Source: Chrysomallon squamiferum
Taxonomy: Eukaryota > Animalia > Mollusca
NCBI GenBank assembly: GCA_012295275.1
Contig: CM022669.1
Coordinates: 4,650,001-4,714,000 of the forward strand
Direction: 5' to 3'
Length of the DNA stretch: 64,000 bases
The notes under the pieces were generated by a model. It worked only from the letters and a program-made list of their open reading frames with translations, did no database searches and was not told the origin of the DNA. Both the position numbers and the translations under genes were made by a program. Below, one piece after another: positions 1-14,004 of this stretch (its first letter is position 1; each line of letters starts with the position of its first letter).

Positions 1-106
1 AAATAATGTTGTTATTATGAGTAATTTATTTTTCAAAATGTTAGTGAGAACTAACTGTTATTCTTAATTGTCTTTAAACAATTTGTTATTTTTCAAACTG
101 GTTACA

Positions 107-200
107 GTGAACCATTTATCACTATTCAAATACATTTTTGTGAACCATTTATCACTATTCAAATACATTTTTGTGAACTATTTATTATTTTTCAAATACA
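107..200. repeat. 33-bp tandem repeat (2 exact copies plus a degenerate third)
   Basis: gtgaaccatttatcactattcaaatacattttt at 107-139 and 140-172, then a diverged copy. Explains the repetitive ORF 68..268. Confidence 0.85.
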
Positions 201-689
201 CTATTTTGAAACATCTATTTTATATTATACTTTTGTCAAATAAATATCATCAACTCAGAAGTAATTAATTAAAATAACCATTAACATTAAAATCCTAACA
301 GATTCAAACATGTAATAATAATATACTGCAGGTATATCTGACACTAACACATTTCAGAGCAAAATACAATACTTTTTAGAACATATTGATATCAAGTCAC
401 TGCATAATACATTTTACATGTGACTTTACTAAAGTTAGCTGTTACTTTATTTTCCATTCCAACCACTGTCTCCTGTTTGGCTATCAGTTGTTGAGATTGT
501 GATTTTGTACATGAAAGTGGATGCTAATGAAAAACAAAACAGGTTTTCTTCAAAGACCATGTGTCAAAATTAGTGTCAAACGACTGATGTACAAAGCTGA
601 TGAAGGAATAACTAATCACTCAGCAGTTTTGTTAAACTAATCCAACTGTCAGCATTAACCTGTACATTGTACCTGCTCATTAATTCCTA

Positions 690-1060
690 CCTCACTCTTT
701 TCAGTGAATGCAAGTTTTAATTATTAACTTATTCATTCAACCTGCATCTCATCCACCCTCACTCTTTAAATGAATTCAATTTCTAATATTAACCCACAAA
801 TTCACTCTGTTCATAATACCCTAAAGCTGTTTGTTCAACAAGCCCAAATTTTATTATTCATCCACTAATATCATCCACACTCTATTTTTTAAATGAATCC
901 AATTTCTGGAATTAACCCAGTAATTCTGTCTGTACTTATTTCCACATCCCCATTTTTTCAACGCCCAAATTTTATTATGAACCCACTAATGATATCCATC
1001 CGTACTTTTTTAAAATGAATCCAGTTCTTAGTATTATTAACCCACAAATTCTGCCCACTT
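690..1060. repeat. Degenerate tandem repeat, ~120-bp period
   Basis: Recurring blocks gcccaaattttattat...ccactaat...tttaaatgaatcca...attaacccacaaattc near 770-800, 843-925 and 963-1052. Confidence 0.6.
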
Positions 1061-1519
1061 TTTACCTACCATCACACTCAGTCACAACCCCTGCAGCTCA
1101 CTGTGACAGAGGTCACACCCATGCTTGCTTGCAAGAATGGACCACTGAATTTAAACCTAAGCCTGGAAATACTGATAGCTATTTGTACCAGATGCTAACG
1201 ACTGCTGAAGATCAAGGTAATACTTCTAATGGTTTTCTACTGTAATTAAAAAGAAAAGATACTCTATCCTTTTAGCCTAATCCCATGACTTACAAACTAC
1301 ACTGTATGGGCAGTGAAGTGTCTACTGTTGGTGGGAGGGTGGAGGGTATCAAGACTACTTTCTTTTCACATGGTGTTTATCAGATTTCAAACATTATAAA
1401 AAGCTAGATTATTTATTCCTGTTGCTAATTAGATGCTATTAATGAAAACCCCAAATTGTCATGTTGATGCCAGATAAAGAAAAGGCAAGCCAGTCCAGAT
1501 TTGGTTGTATCAGAAGTAG

Positions 1520-1765
1520 TAAGTCATATTAGGTCAGGTCAAATCAGCTGAGGTCAGGTCGGGTAAAGGTCAGGTAAGGTCATATTAGATAAAGTTTAGA
1601 AGGCGAATCAGTTTAAGTCATGTTAGATCAAGGTGAGCTCCTTGTGAGACTGGAGAAGGTCAAAATATATCAGGTTAAATTTGATCCATTTAGTTAACTA
1701 AGGTCAAGTGAGATCATGTCAGGTCATGTCACATTAGGTCAGAATGGGTCAGGTCAGATCCAGGA
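1520..1765. repeat. Degenerate (AGGTC)n pentanucleotide repeat
   Basis: aggtcaggtc, aggtcaggtcgggtaaaggtcaggtaaggtca, aggtcatgtc and gggtcaggtcagatc in 5-bp phase. Confidence 0.8.
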
Positions 1766-1889
1766 GATAAAATGTGTAATTAAAATTAATATTAACAATC
1801 CTTAAAATATATGAGATACAATAATATATGATATAGAGACAATGTTATAATTTATTTATTTATTAATTTTTGTTGTTGTTATTATTATA

Positions 1890-1940
<51 letters not shown>

Positions 1941-2879
1941 ATTATTATTATTGACATACACAAATGTACCTGCATTGTCCTTCAAGGAACAAAAGCTGAA
2001 AATCGGTACACAGATAATCAGTAGATATGTACTCAGTCTTAATTAAAAGAAACAGCATTTGCTTTGTCAGTAAACCTTCTAGTGCACAAAGAATATTGTA
2101 AATATGTTTACACTAAGAATTATCACTTTATTAGTATTCTGAAATTGATTTGTTAAATATCAATGACAACAAGTTATATTCTGAACATATTCTTCTGTCA
2201 TTTAAAAAAAAAATAAAAAAAAACTTTCAATGTAAATATATTATCTCTAACATATAATATATTCATGAAATATACTGCAGCCTTTTGATTATCTAAACCT
2301 TTGATCTAAAAAAAGAAAGTTTATGATATGGTTGTTTGTATGTCATAACCTTTGTTACATTAATGAAACTGCTCCAGTAAGAAAGTGTTCTTTGATATAC
2401 AATAAAACTTAATATAATTCTGAAGGTGATCTAATAATAAAATTAATATGATATTTGATATAAGCTCAGAGGTGTTCCTTGACTGGAACCAGTAGTGAAA
2501 TTCATGCAAGTAAGACAATTCAGTGCACTCCTGAAGTTGATTCTATAGTGAAATGGGTTCTGTACTCTTCCACAAACCACATTAAAAACAAAATCCAGCC
2601 ATGTATACTTTCAGAGTTTGACATAAAACAGAGGTTGATATTTATCTGCTGTTTCAGCAAGGATTCAGTAAGATTCTGCTTTAACAAGAAAGTCACACAG
2701 AAGTGGGCCATGGGCTTTAATTCTGTTCTCTTCCACTTGAACGAGTCAGGTTTCTTTTTTCTTTTCTTTTCTTCTTATCATCAGATTAAGTTTTAGAATG
2801 ATTGAATTAAAAGTCCAAATGTTTGGGAGATGCACATGCTGTTAAAACTCATCAAATTACTGAACTTTATTTTGTTGTT

Positions 2880-3400
2880 TTTTTTTGTTTTTTTTTAAAA
2901 AAGAAGAAAGAAAATAGGCAAAAGTTGAAAAGGCTTTAATAACAGTTATGAAGAAGTACTTGCAGTAAATGATTAATGATTGTTTTATTATAATTTAATT
3001 AAAGTTTGTTTAAAAGAATGTTTCATTGCTTCAGATGGTTAGATCGATGTTTTGATTATTTTTTATTATTAAAAAAAAAGGACAAAAACTGAAATAAAAA
3101 GTAATAATAGTTATGAAAAGTTTCTACAAAAAGAATTAAGGATTATATTATGATTTAATTAAAGTTAGTTCAAGAGAATGTTTAACTGCTGTGGGTGACT
3201 AGATCAGTTTATTGATAAAAGATAATTATTGAAAAATAAAACAAAACAAAAAAATAAAGATAAAAACCAAAAACTTCAAAAACAGGTATGAAAAGAATAA
3301 ACAATAAACTGTGTTTTTTCATTATGATTTAATTAAAGTTTGTTAAAAAGAAGGTTGAACTGCTGTAGGTGGAAAGGTCAATGCACTGATAAAAGGTGTG
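2880..3400. repeat. Degenerate tandem repeat, ~170-bp period, 3 copies
   Basis: Motif tatgaa...atttaattaaagtt(t/a)gtt..aa(a/g)agaa at about 2948/2993, 3112/3153 and 3287/3326. Confidence 0.65.
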
Positions 3401-5154
3401 TTATCTATAGCAATACGTGACAGCTGTATCCTTTGTTGATAGCAATTATGATGATCACTTGACAGTGTTTTCTTATGTAAGATCAATATGTGCAGCTTGT
3501 AAGAATACACATGTTCATCAAGCGCAAAAAACAATTCAGGTGATTTCTCGTTTCATAACACTGGTGTCAAATGGTGATTATGAGCTGTTCAGGTCAGGTA
3601 TTCTTTAAGACATGTTTGTATTATGTTGATTTGTCTGTCTCTCAGTCTGTCTGTGTATGTGATACTTGCGTTTGTGATTGATCCAGCATGTGAGTATATA
3701 TCTGATTTGTTGTGATGTTTTTATGTATGTATGTGAAAATATATATAATATTTAATGCAGAATAAGTGAACAGAATTAAGTAAAAATACAGGTAACATTT
3801 ACTTGAAAACAAGTGATGCATTTATATGAAAATACATGTAAAAATATTTACTTGCAAACACATATGTGTGACTATACACAATATAAAATCACTAATATGG
3901 GTGTGTACACATGACATAAATAGACTCTTTGTGTGTTGTTGGATATCTGGATATCTTAATTATATGATATATATAAAATACCAGTGTGATGTAATAACTT
4001 TATAATTTATGATATCTTAGATCGAGTCTCTCCTCAGGCTGCCAGATCTTCAATTAACTGCAGGTGTGAAGTGAAATGAAAATAATTTTTCAACTGATGA
4101 AGTTAATTAAGCACCTGTTTTATTAAACGGATTAACTTGTAATTTGCTCTTCTTCTTCTTTCCACTTCTCCTTGCCAAAGTCAATATCATTTCACCGACT
4201 GGGAAAGTCTTTAAGGATGGTGCCTCAGAGTGCATCTCATGATAAAATTAATTTACAATGATTAACAGCTTATCAGTGCATGTATCTGAAACAAAATGTC
4301 TCCTGTTTACTGACTCGCAGGTTTACTGGGTGGACAAAAATATATGAATGGATTAATGAATGGTTAGAAATGTGTTGGACATTTTTTAGTTTAGAGGGTG
4401 GGGTGATGTTGGATCTTTTTTATTTAGTTATTTACTTTTTGTTTGTTAGTTACTTATTTACTTTTTTTTTTAAATTTTTTATTTTATTTAATTTTTTTAA
4501 TTATTATTATTATCTTTTTAATAATTTCAAATTGTGCCCAGAACTTCAGAGTAATCTTAATATGAGTTTTCTTTAAAACAAAATAAAAGAAACTAAAAAC
4601 ATGATATCACCTTAATAAAATATATCTGAAAAAAAACCCAGGACATTTTAAAATATAAATTGAATTCTCTCTTTTACTAAATTATTGTTTGGTTTTTCTG
4701 TTTTGTAATCTATATTTATAAGTTTGTGAGTACATGCACATGAATGTATATCTGCATGCATATTGTGAGACTGTATATGTATATCTGTATGAATATGGTT
4801 ATATGTATTTCTGTTGTATGTCTCTGGCAAACAAATGGATGGATTAAGAGAAAAAGAACAATGAATAATTAAAGGATATAAAAATGAACATTATATCAAT
4901 TTCCTCACAAAGAATAAAGAAAGAAAGATGTAGGGAGGATGACTATAAATGGACAGATCAAGATGTTCAGATGGATGAGATCTCCAACATACAGTTTTAA
5001 ACTTGAACAGACTGAAAGGTTGAAAGCCAAGAGTGAATAAAGTATAAAAGATTTCTGTAACACAGTGAATGAAAAGCTAAAAATGAATAGCTCAAAAATA
5101 TATATATAACTGTTATCTGAATGCTGTCTATCCAGAATTGTCTGTCCCATGGGG

Positions 5155-5218
5155 TCAGTTCCTGAATGATCCTTTGGACACAATCCTCAGTTCCTGAATG
5201 ATCGTTTGGACACAATCC
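5155..5218. repeat. 32-bp tandem duplication
   Basis: tcagttcctgaatgatc(c/g)tttggacacaatcc twice in tandem. Confidence 0.85.
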
Positions 5219-6298
5219 ATCCATCTCCATCATGATCTCCCCAACAGCAGTACCAAGTCAACAGCAGCTTTTATTTCAGTCACAGTTGTCTTCCATGTCC
5301 TGTGTGATACCAGCTTAGTGTTGTCTTTCTTCTAGCTCCTTCCTCTGTCCTCACTCTTTACTCTGTCTCTTTACACCTGTAATCCTTCTCAACATTCTCA
5401 TCTCTGTTTTCTTGAAAATCTGTTCTTCCTTTTTACCAACTGCCCAACATAACTGAAGTAGTGCTCTGATGACAGTTGTTTATATGAAACCATTTGTAAA
5501 AACCAGCATATTTAACCAACAACAATCTGACTGACTACCTAAACCAGAGATGTGGATTTTGCTGGACAAACTGCAAGTCATGAAAATTAATTATTTAACA
5601 ATATTTTAAAATAGTAATATATGAAAAAGTAGAAAGATAATTTGTAAACACAGTTTTACAAATAAAATCCCAACACAGCATTTTGCAAGAAAATTGGACT
5701 TTAGTTAAGTTTCGTATTTTAGTTTTTTTAGTGTAACTGGCACAACACGTATGAAAAATTATTAAAATAAAATAAGAAGAAAAGGAAAACAGAGAAAGAA
5801 AAAAGAAGAAAGAGAAAGTGAAGTCTCTTTCAGGACAGTTATTAAATTACAGATGTACAAGCTCGGTGAAGCAGAATAATATGGAAGATGTGGCGGTGTT
5901 GGTGATACTTTCATTACATGTCAAAGTGATGTGTTAGTGAAAATTGGTGTAAAATTGTACAATAAGATTAAATTTTACTTAGCATGCAGAAATTTTCTCT
6001 TTATAGTTCAGAAGAACTGAGAAACTCCAATATGGAGGTCAAAACAACATGTTTTTAAAGAGAGAAAAAGAAACCAGTAGACTGCTTAATATAATTTTTT
6101 TTTAATTTTTTTTTTTTATATAAAATGAAATGAATGAAATGAAATAAAAGATGAATAATATAAAGTAAAACAAAGCTTTTACAACATTTCTGTGGTAGTA
6201 TATCATCACATTTGTTTTAGGAGTTTATTCTGAAGCTTCAAATTAACAGCTTGAAAACATTATGGAAAAAAATAATTAGTTTCAAAACTAAAATCTTG

Positions 6299-6336
<38 letters not shown>

Positions 6337-7096
6337 AATTGTTATTGCTGTTTCTTCAGTTTATTCTGAACTGCAGAATTTTTTTTTTTTCATTAATAAC
6401 TTATGTTCAAGGATTAATAGGTTTTAGGATCTATTCTTTTCTTTGTGTTCACTGGGCTATTTCCGTTTCCAACCACTATTGCACAACATGGCTAATAGAA
6501 ATGTGTTTTTTTAAACATAAAATGCATGTTGAAGAATATCATTATGTCAGGTTTTTCCAACAAAACAATTAATATAAAAATACAGAAACATGTTAAATAA
6601 AATAACCTTTCATTTATTCACTTTTAATTTTGGTTTCAGTAAGAAGTATATTAGACACAGAAAAAAATAAAAAATAAAAGAATTGATACATTCAATTATA
6701 CTGAATATATGTACCTTTCCTTGCAGTTTTTTAAATTATTTATCTATCTACCCATTTACCTGCCTACTTACCTCTCTGTCTGTGTCTGTCTGTCCATCTA
6801 TCAACTGATATATTGATTTATCTATCATTCTATCACTCTATCTATCAATCTATTGATCTATCTACTGGTCTGTCTATTGATTTAGCTACTGATCTATCTA
6901 TCAAGCTGTCTCTCTACCTATCTATTTATTTTATGTATTTCTGTATTTTCAGTTACCTATCTAAGATGTGGAACACTACTACTACCACTACTACACAGAC
7001 AGTGAATTCTTTTCATCATCTACCTCACACGGACTGAGTGATTCTTGGATGCATCTCTGATGTTCTTGTCACCCCACTGAACGTCTTAGTGCTGCT

Positions 7097-8418
7097 ATGG
7101 AAGTCAGTATGGAGGCTTTCAATGTTAGTGTGTTTACCGAAATTGTGGAGCTGCAGTTTTCACCATCAGAAATTCCAATTCAGAATGCCACCAAAGCCCC
7201 ACTCCCATCTCCCAACCGATGTCTGGAACGCCCTCCCCAGGAGGAGTGGGAGAACATCGTCAACTTTTACCTCAGTGGAATTATTACGACAATAATCATT
7301 TGCTGTGGCCTTGTGGGTAATCTGTTGACGGTCATTGTGCTGACTCGCCGGACAATGCACACCTCAACCAACTGTTTCTTGACCGCGCTGGCCGTCTGGG
7401 ACTCGATGGTTCTGATGGCGACACTGTTTCTCATCTGTCTCTACGAGTTCTCGGACGAATTCATGGTCATCGTGTGGCCTTACGTAGTGACCTTCGTGTA
7501 CCCTTTTGCTCTGGTGGCGCAGACTGCTACAATTTGGCTTACTGTGTCATTCACGGTGGAACGCTACATCGCTGTGTGTCATCCACTAAAAGCTGCGTCC
7601 ATGTGTACTATTCCCAGAGCACGAATTGTGATAGTGTCCGTGACTGTGGTGTCTTTTATTTACAACATTCCTCGCTGGTTCGAGTACGAGATCATGGATT
7701 TTGTACACAATGAAACTGGCTCGTCTTGTGTCAAGATTAAGCCGACAGACTTTGGAAAATCGTCTCTGTACAACAAAATCTACTTCGGCTGGTTGTATTT
7801 CATGGTGATGTGCATGATACCGCTGTGTTCGCTGGCCATTCTCAACACGTTTCTTATTCTAGCAGTCAAACGCTCGACGCAGCAGCGCAAAGACATGAAC
7901 GTCCGTCAGTCACGCGCGAAAACAACGTCACCATCATGCTCACGTCAGTGGTGATGCTGTTCATCGTGTGTCAAGTCCCAGCTCTAGTTTACAACATGGC
8001 CTACGCCATCGACACAAAATCGACTCACACCCTGTTTGGTTGGAAGTTGCTGTCCACCATTAGAAACTTCCTCGTCAATCTGAACAGTGGGATTAATTTT
8101 ATTCTTTACTGTGCACTGGGACAGAAATTTCGACGAACGTTTGTGCGCACGTTCTGTTCGTGTGTCAAAGACAAGGACGCTTTTCAGCACACATTTGACC
8201 ACACATACCACAAAAACACTGTCGTGCACAGCAACGGCTCGACAATTTACATGAAGATGGTGACGAAGAAGAAAAAGCAACTTGGAGACAGGGATGACCC
8301 GAGTGCTGCTAGCAAACTGTTAAGGTACACAAAACAAACCTCAGTAGAATCTGAAGGGTCAGATACACATAGCGCTCCTTCTACTCACAGTAACAAACCT
8401 CTACTACCAAAACACTAG
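7097..8418 (+). CDS. FMRFamide-receptor-like class A neuropeptide GPCR, single coding exon (~439 aa after removing a 2-nt insertion at 7913-7918)
   Basis: ORF 7097..7954 gives TM1-TM5: GNLL, LAVWD, FTVERYIAVCHPLKA, YNIPRWFEY, MIPL. ORF 7810..8418 gives TM6-TM7: RENNVTIMLTSVVMLFIVCQVPA, NSGINFILYC. The NFxxY variant is typical of the FMRFamide/sex-peptide receptor group. Deleting one CG from CACGCGCGAAAAC joins the frames as QSRENNVTIML. An acceptor (tattttcag, ending 6952) precedes the ATG. Confidence 0.88.
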
Positions 8419-9374
8419 TAGCTATTTTAGATCAAAAAAAAACAAAGCAAGCCTTAACTGTCCTCAATTTCTGTTGTAGAAATTCAATTTTTATCAGCTT
8501 TGCTTTCTAGCAAGTCTTAATTTTCATAAAATATATATTTACTAGGCCCTCAATGTTTTTGGCTTTTCCTTTTAGTTATTAAAAGTAATCATTTTAATGT
8601 TATTTATTTGCTTCTTTTTTTTTATTTGCTTGTTGTAATCAGAAAAAGACAATTGTTTATTACTACTACTGCTATTATTATTGTTATTATAGTGTGTTTT
8701 TTTTTAAATTGTAATTAGAAAAATATATATATATTTTGCTCTAAAATTCCAAATGTTGAAAACTAGTATTAGCAGTTTTTGCTTCTTCTTATCATAGAAT
8801 GTATCATGTTTTTGTATCCTACTAAGGTTGAAGCAAGTTTTCATGGACATACATTTCTGATGGATAAGATAGAAGAAAGAAAATAGGTAACAAAGTAACA
8901 TTTTAGTAATAAATGTTTTTTTATTACTTCCTTTAAAATTGTAATCAAAAAATTTTAAGTTGTAAAATATTAAGTAGTAAATGCATAAGCCATAAAACTT
9001 TGCTATTTTACTTTAATTAATTAATTTTATTTATTTGCATAATTATTTATTTTTGACTATATTTTCTACTTATTATTTTATTTTATATCTTTGACCACCT
9101 AAATATAAATTATATTTATTACTGGTTTATTTATATTCCAGTCATATTTTTTATTTGTTATTATTTTCATTAACATCTTACAAATGTGTCTTTTTCTTCT
9201 TTTAAAAAAAAAACATTTACTTGGAACTGATAGGTAAGGACATACTCAAGAGTTCATATACTAAGTGGTTTGGAACTGGATATAATTAACAGAAGATGAT
9301 ATTTGAATTAAAATAACTAATACTAAATGTTTCAAATGAATTAGTATTATTGTTGTTGTTATTATTATTATTAA

Positions 9375-9419
<45 letters not shown>

Positions 9420-10228
9420 AAAGAAAAAGGAAAAAAAAGAAAAAGGTAAAAAATAAGAATGATAAATTAATTTTTGTTTATTTATTTTATTAGTAAATTC
9501 ACATAATTTTGAAACAACTTGTGTTTTTTTTGTGTTTTTTTGGTGGGGGGCAAATTTAATTAATTATTTTATTATATACTTATTACTTAATAAAAAAATA
9601 TTTGAATATTACATAAAAAATAAATAACAACACAAAATACTCTCAAAAATTGCAGTGTTTTAATATTTATTTTTCTATGTTACCATGAAAACTTGCATTA
9701 CAAACCTTATTTATTTTCTACTTAAGTCCTATTGTGACCATTTTGTGTGAGCTTTAAACTGTTTCTTTGTTCATTTGTTTTAACTTATGTGTGGTGACTG
9801 GCTTGTCTCAGAATAAAGGTTTGCATGGCTGATTTTATTTTAACTTTTCTTTATTTATGTTGTATCAAATGTACTGTTCCGAATTTGCTCAACTGGAATG
9901 TGCCAATAAAACAATGAAACCTTCCCCCCAAAAAATTAAAAATTTAAATTCAGATATTATTTAGAAAAACAATGTATGAAATTTAGTTTGTAAATGTCAA
10001 ATATTTCTGAAATATTTAGAAATACGTTTTGAAACTGAAACATATTTTTATATATCTGTATGAATGAAAAATAATTATTTATATTAGGTGAGAAATTTAT
10101 ATATATGTATACAGATACTGATGTAGATATATAGATACATATTTTCAGATAAAATGTCCATTATAAAAATATATGTATAACTTTAGATATGTACAGTAAT
10201 GATTTATACTGCGGTATACATACATACA

Positions 10229-10231
<3 letters not shown>

Positions 10232-10304
<73 letters not shown>
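10232..10304. repeat. (AT)n microsatellite
   Basis: Perfect TA run; source of the YIYI ORFs. Confidence 0.95.
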
Positions 10305-10308
<4 letters not shown>

Positions 10309-11161
10309 AATAAAATCATATGGTATGTATGTGTGAGTGCCAGTCTATGCATGAAGGTGAATGCATGTGTTTGTTTTTGTGTGATATACAAAATACACAG
10401 ATTAAGATAAGTCAGAAATACAACATTCCAAACTGTAAATATGAATTAGTAATATATTTAAGAATTAGTCATATATTTTTGTTGTTGTTGTTAATTTGTG
10501 TTTGTAAATTTGAGTGTTTCTCAGTTTTCAAACTGCAATAAACTTGGAATATTGTCTTATTATAAAAATATATATATCAAAGATCTGTAAAATAGTTGAG
10601 TTTACTATACCAATATAATACTCAGTGTATTATTAAAGAGAGAAATACAGATTTTTATTTAACATCCATAAAGCTTATTTTGTCTTTCTTTAATTTCATT
10701 CAATTACATTTTATTTCTTTTTGTTATTATTATTTTTATTTTGTTTTATTTTATTTTGTTTTATTATTTATTTTTGCTATGTTTGGACAAAGTGTATAAA
10801 AATTAGGTTATTTGGCCAAATTTCAATAATTAGATATTAACAAATATAAAAAAAGAAAGAAGAAAAACATGTTTATCTTGAAAATGATCAAATTCTATTG
10901 TTATATAAATATTCAAATTGAAACAGCAGCATTTTAACAGTAACAGATGAGCATTTTGGGATATTCCATGAAAGAAGCTGCTGTTATATTGCTTTTAAAA
11001 CTCTTTATATTGGTAATAAAAAAAATCAATGCAGATGCCACAAATGAAATAATATTATTAAAAATAAATAAATAAACACAAAACAGCAGCAGTGACTTTC
11101 AGTAACCGTTTGTATTTATCTTTTAAACACTGATCTGTCTGTCTATCTATTTATCTATTTT

Positions 11162-11194
<33 letters not shown>

Positions 11195-13739
11195 TTATCC
11201 ATCCATTTAGCTACATAAGAAAAAATGTACAAGTTACATTATCATATTTTACACTTAATTTATACTAAATACTTTTCATAATAATAATTTTGAATATGAG
11301 GTATTTCCACACACACACCCACAAAATTAAATCACACTTACACATGATGTCATTAAGAATTAAAACATAGGGGACATTACTCATGATGACTGAAATAAAA
11401 ACCTACTGAGATAAATAATGTATTTTTTCTAGGTCAGATGGTCAAGGACAGATGATGTGTCCTTTCTAAAACATTTAATCTGTGTTAGTAACAAGCAGCT
11501 GATTTAAACTGAGAAGCAGTTTGTGGACTTCGTGTTTCGAAACATTTATATATTTATTAATAGCCTGGTAATACAGATATGCAGATAGAGTTATATATCT
11601 AATGCATTTTTTTGTTTGTTTTCATTTAAAATGATAATAATAATAATAATAGTTAAAATCCTGATAGTTTGATAAAAAATCAAAATCAAACTTGTGTAAA
11701 CTGGCATCATTCAATGCCTCTGTCACTGAAACTAAAACAGCAAATTACAGTGGATCAAAATTTAAAAGTATTCAATTTAAAAAAACAAAGATTAGAAAAA
11801 GAAATGACCACTTTTATGGATTTTCCAGATTTCAGGAAGTTGGATAATGATAGTAATAGAAGGAGTAGTAGCAGTAGAAGTAGTAGCAGTAGTAGTAGAA
11901 ATAGTAATAGTAGCAGCAGTAGAAATAGTAGCAGTAGTAGTAGTAGCTGCAGAGTAGTAGAGGTTAAAATAACAACAACAATAATAATAAATATAATTTA
12001 ATAAGACATCTAAAATAATAAAATTAATTTTATTCAATCACATACCTCCAGTCTCTAATAACCACTGATAATGTTACCATCTTGGGAAAGCAGACAATAT
12101 TTGATTAGAGTTGTGTCCCTTTGTGTTTAGTTAAATTACGGCTTCAGCAGACCATCCTATTTCCATACCGCGATTATGAAAATGCATTAAATTAGAAGTA
12201 ATTACAGAATCTAATAATGTAATTCCATACAATTAAGTTATGTACTAATATCCACATGGGACTTCCATGAAATCAGTGTGTGTGTCTGCTGCAGTTGTAA
12301 ATGATTTACTCTACAAAGCAGACATCTTGAAAAGAATTTGGTGAAAGTTTGGTACACACATATATATCTGTTTAATGCGCAGGAATCTAGCTAAGTTATA
12401 TTTTAAATAAATAAATAAATAAAAAAATAACTGAATAAGGAAAGAAATAAATGGTAAATGTATAAATAAATAAAAAATTAAAAAAAAACAAAGGAAGAAA
12501 GTAATAAACAAAAGCAAATAAAGAAATAAAACTGCTATAAAGAAATAAACTTTTAAAGATATAACTTTTAAAGAAATAACTTCCGTTGTTTTTTCTGAAA
12601 CTGAAAAAAACAAGAAAATTATGATCATTAAATTTCCTGTCAAATGCTGGAAACATTCTACTGAAGATGAAAATGGGAAAAAAAGAAGGAAAAAAAAGGA
12701 AAGAAATAATTTTAAAAATCAAATAAGGTTTGCATGTTAAAAAAAAAAAAAAAAAAAGAAAGAAAGAAAGGAAAAATTCTTCCTGTATGTAGGAAAAAAT
12801 ATAATAAAAATAGACATTAAATTCAAAACCTTGGAAAATCAAACAGAAATGTAAATTTAAAATTGTTCATTTTTTTCATTTTAATAGTCTTGATAACCTT
12901 GGAATTCTTTTATGTTTCAAGTCTTTCATTTATTTTCTTCTTAAAAATTAAAAAATTAATAAATAAAAATTAATAACTGTAAATAAATAAATAATAGTAA
13001 CAATAATAAATAAATAAATAAATAAATAAATATTTACTGTATTTAAAAATCTAAGTGGTACAACAGTATCTTGCATGGTTAACCAAAATGCATGAAACCC
13101 ATAAGTTTACATTTCCTTCATGATCATCAAAACTGTGCTTATTAGTTTAGTACTGTTATCCTGAAGTGATGAGGCTTGAGATCAAATCTGCTTTAAGGAA
13201 CTTTTCAAATATTCCTTTGTGTTCTGTAAATTAGCTGTAATCAAAGAATTTTGTTCTTTACGTGCACTTTGCAGGTGACTGAACATTTCTTTTTATGTTC
13301 ACTGATAATAATAATAATAATAATAATAACAGCAATAATAATAAGAATAATAATAAAAATGAAAATAATAATAATAATAATAAAAATGATGATGATGTTA
13401 ATGATGATGATGATGATGATGATAATTTAAAAACAAATATTTTAACTTGTATAAAGCTACAGGTTATTCATTTCAGAACTTCTTAAACAGCTCCAGCCAA
13501 GGGTGAATGAAATTACTTTGGGTGAATGAAACAAAGGAAGAGTAAGATGAATTTTTTAAAAAATACAGGTAATTTAGTTGTGGGTGAATTTAATTTTGTG
13601 ACAGAAAACTTGAGGGTGAATGACACTAAAGTTTAAGAAGTTCTACTTTGCTCTGTTTATTTTAAATTAAAATCCTGTATAAGCATATTAAACTATTTAA
13701 ACCTCAGATCTCACAGAGTCTATTTGTATGTATGTATAT

Positions 13740-14004
<265 letters not shown>

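Noticed and set aside
7905-7930. Programmed ribosomal frameshifting shared by the three broken genes
   Set aside because: No common slippery motif or evident stimulatory structure. All three are duplications of adjacent bases, typical of sequencing error.
7038-8280. Alternate-frame and antisense ORFs overlapping the GPCR
   Set aside because: Expected shadows of a GC-richer coding exon.
12045-12079. Possible 35-nt minus-strand exon (ttcccaag ... GAG|gtatgt), and a similar 26-nt candidate near 1970-1995
   Set aside because: Splice signals look plausible, but the translation does not resemble the expected next focadhesin segment.
11669-13486. Ser-, Asn/Asp- and Phe-rich ORFs
   Set aside because: Products of (AGT)n, (AAT)n, (GAT)n and A/T-rich low-complexity DNA, with no splice or homology support.
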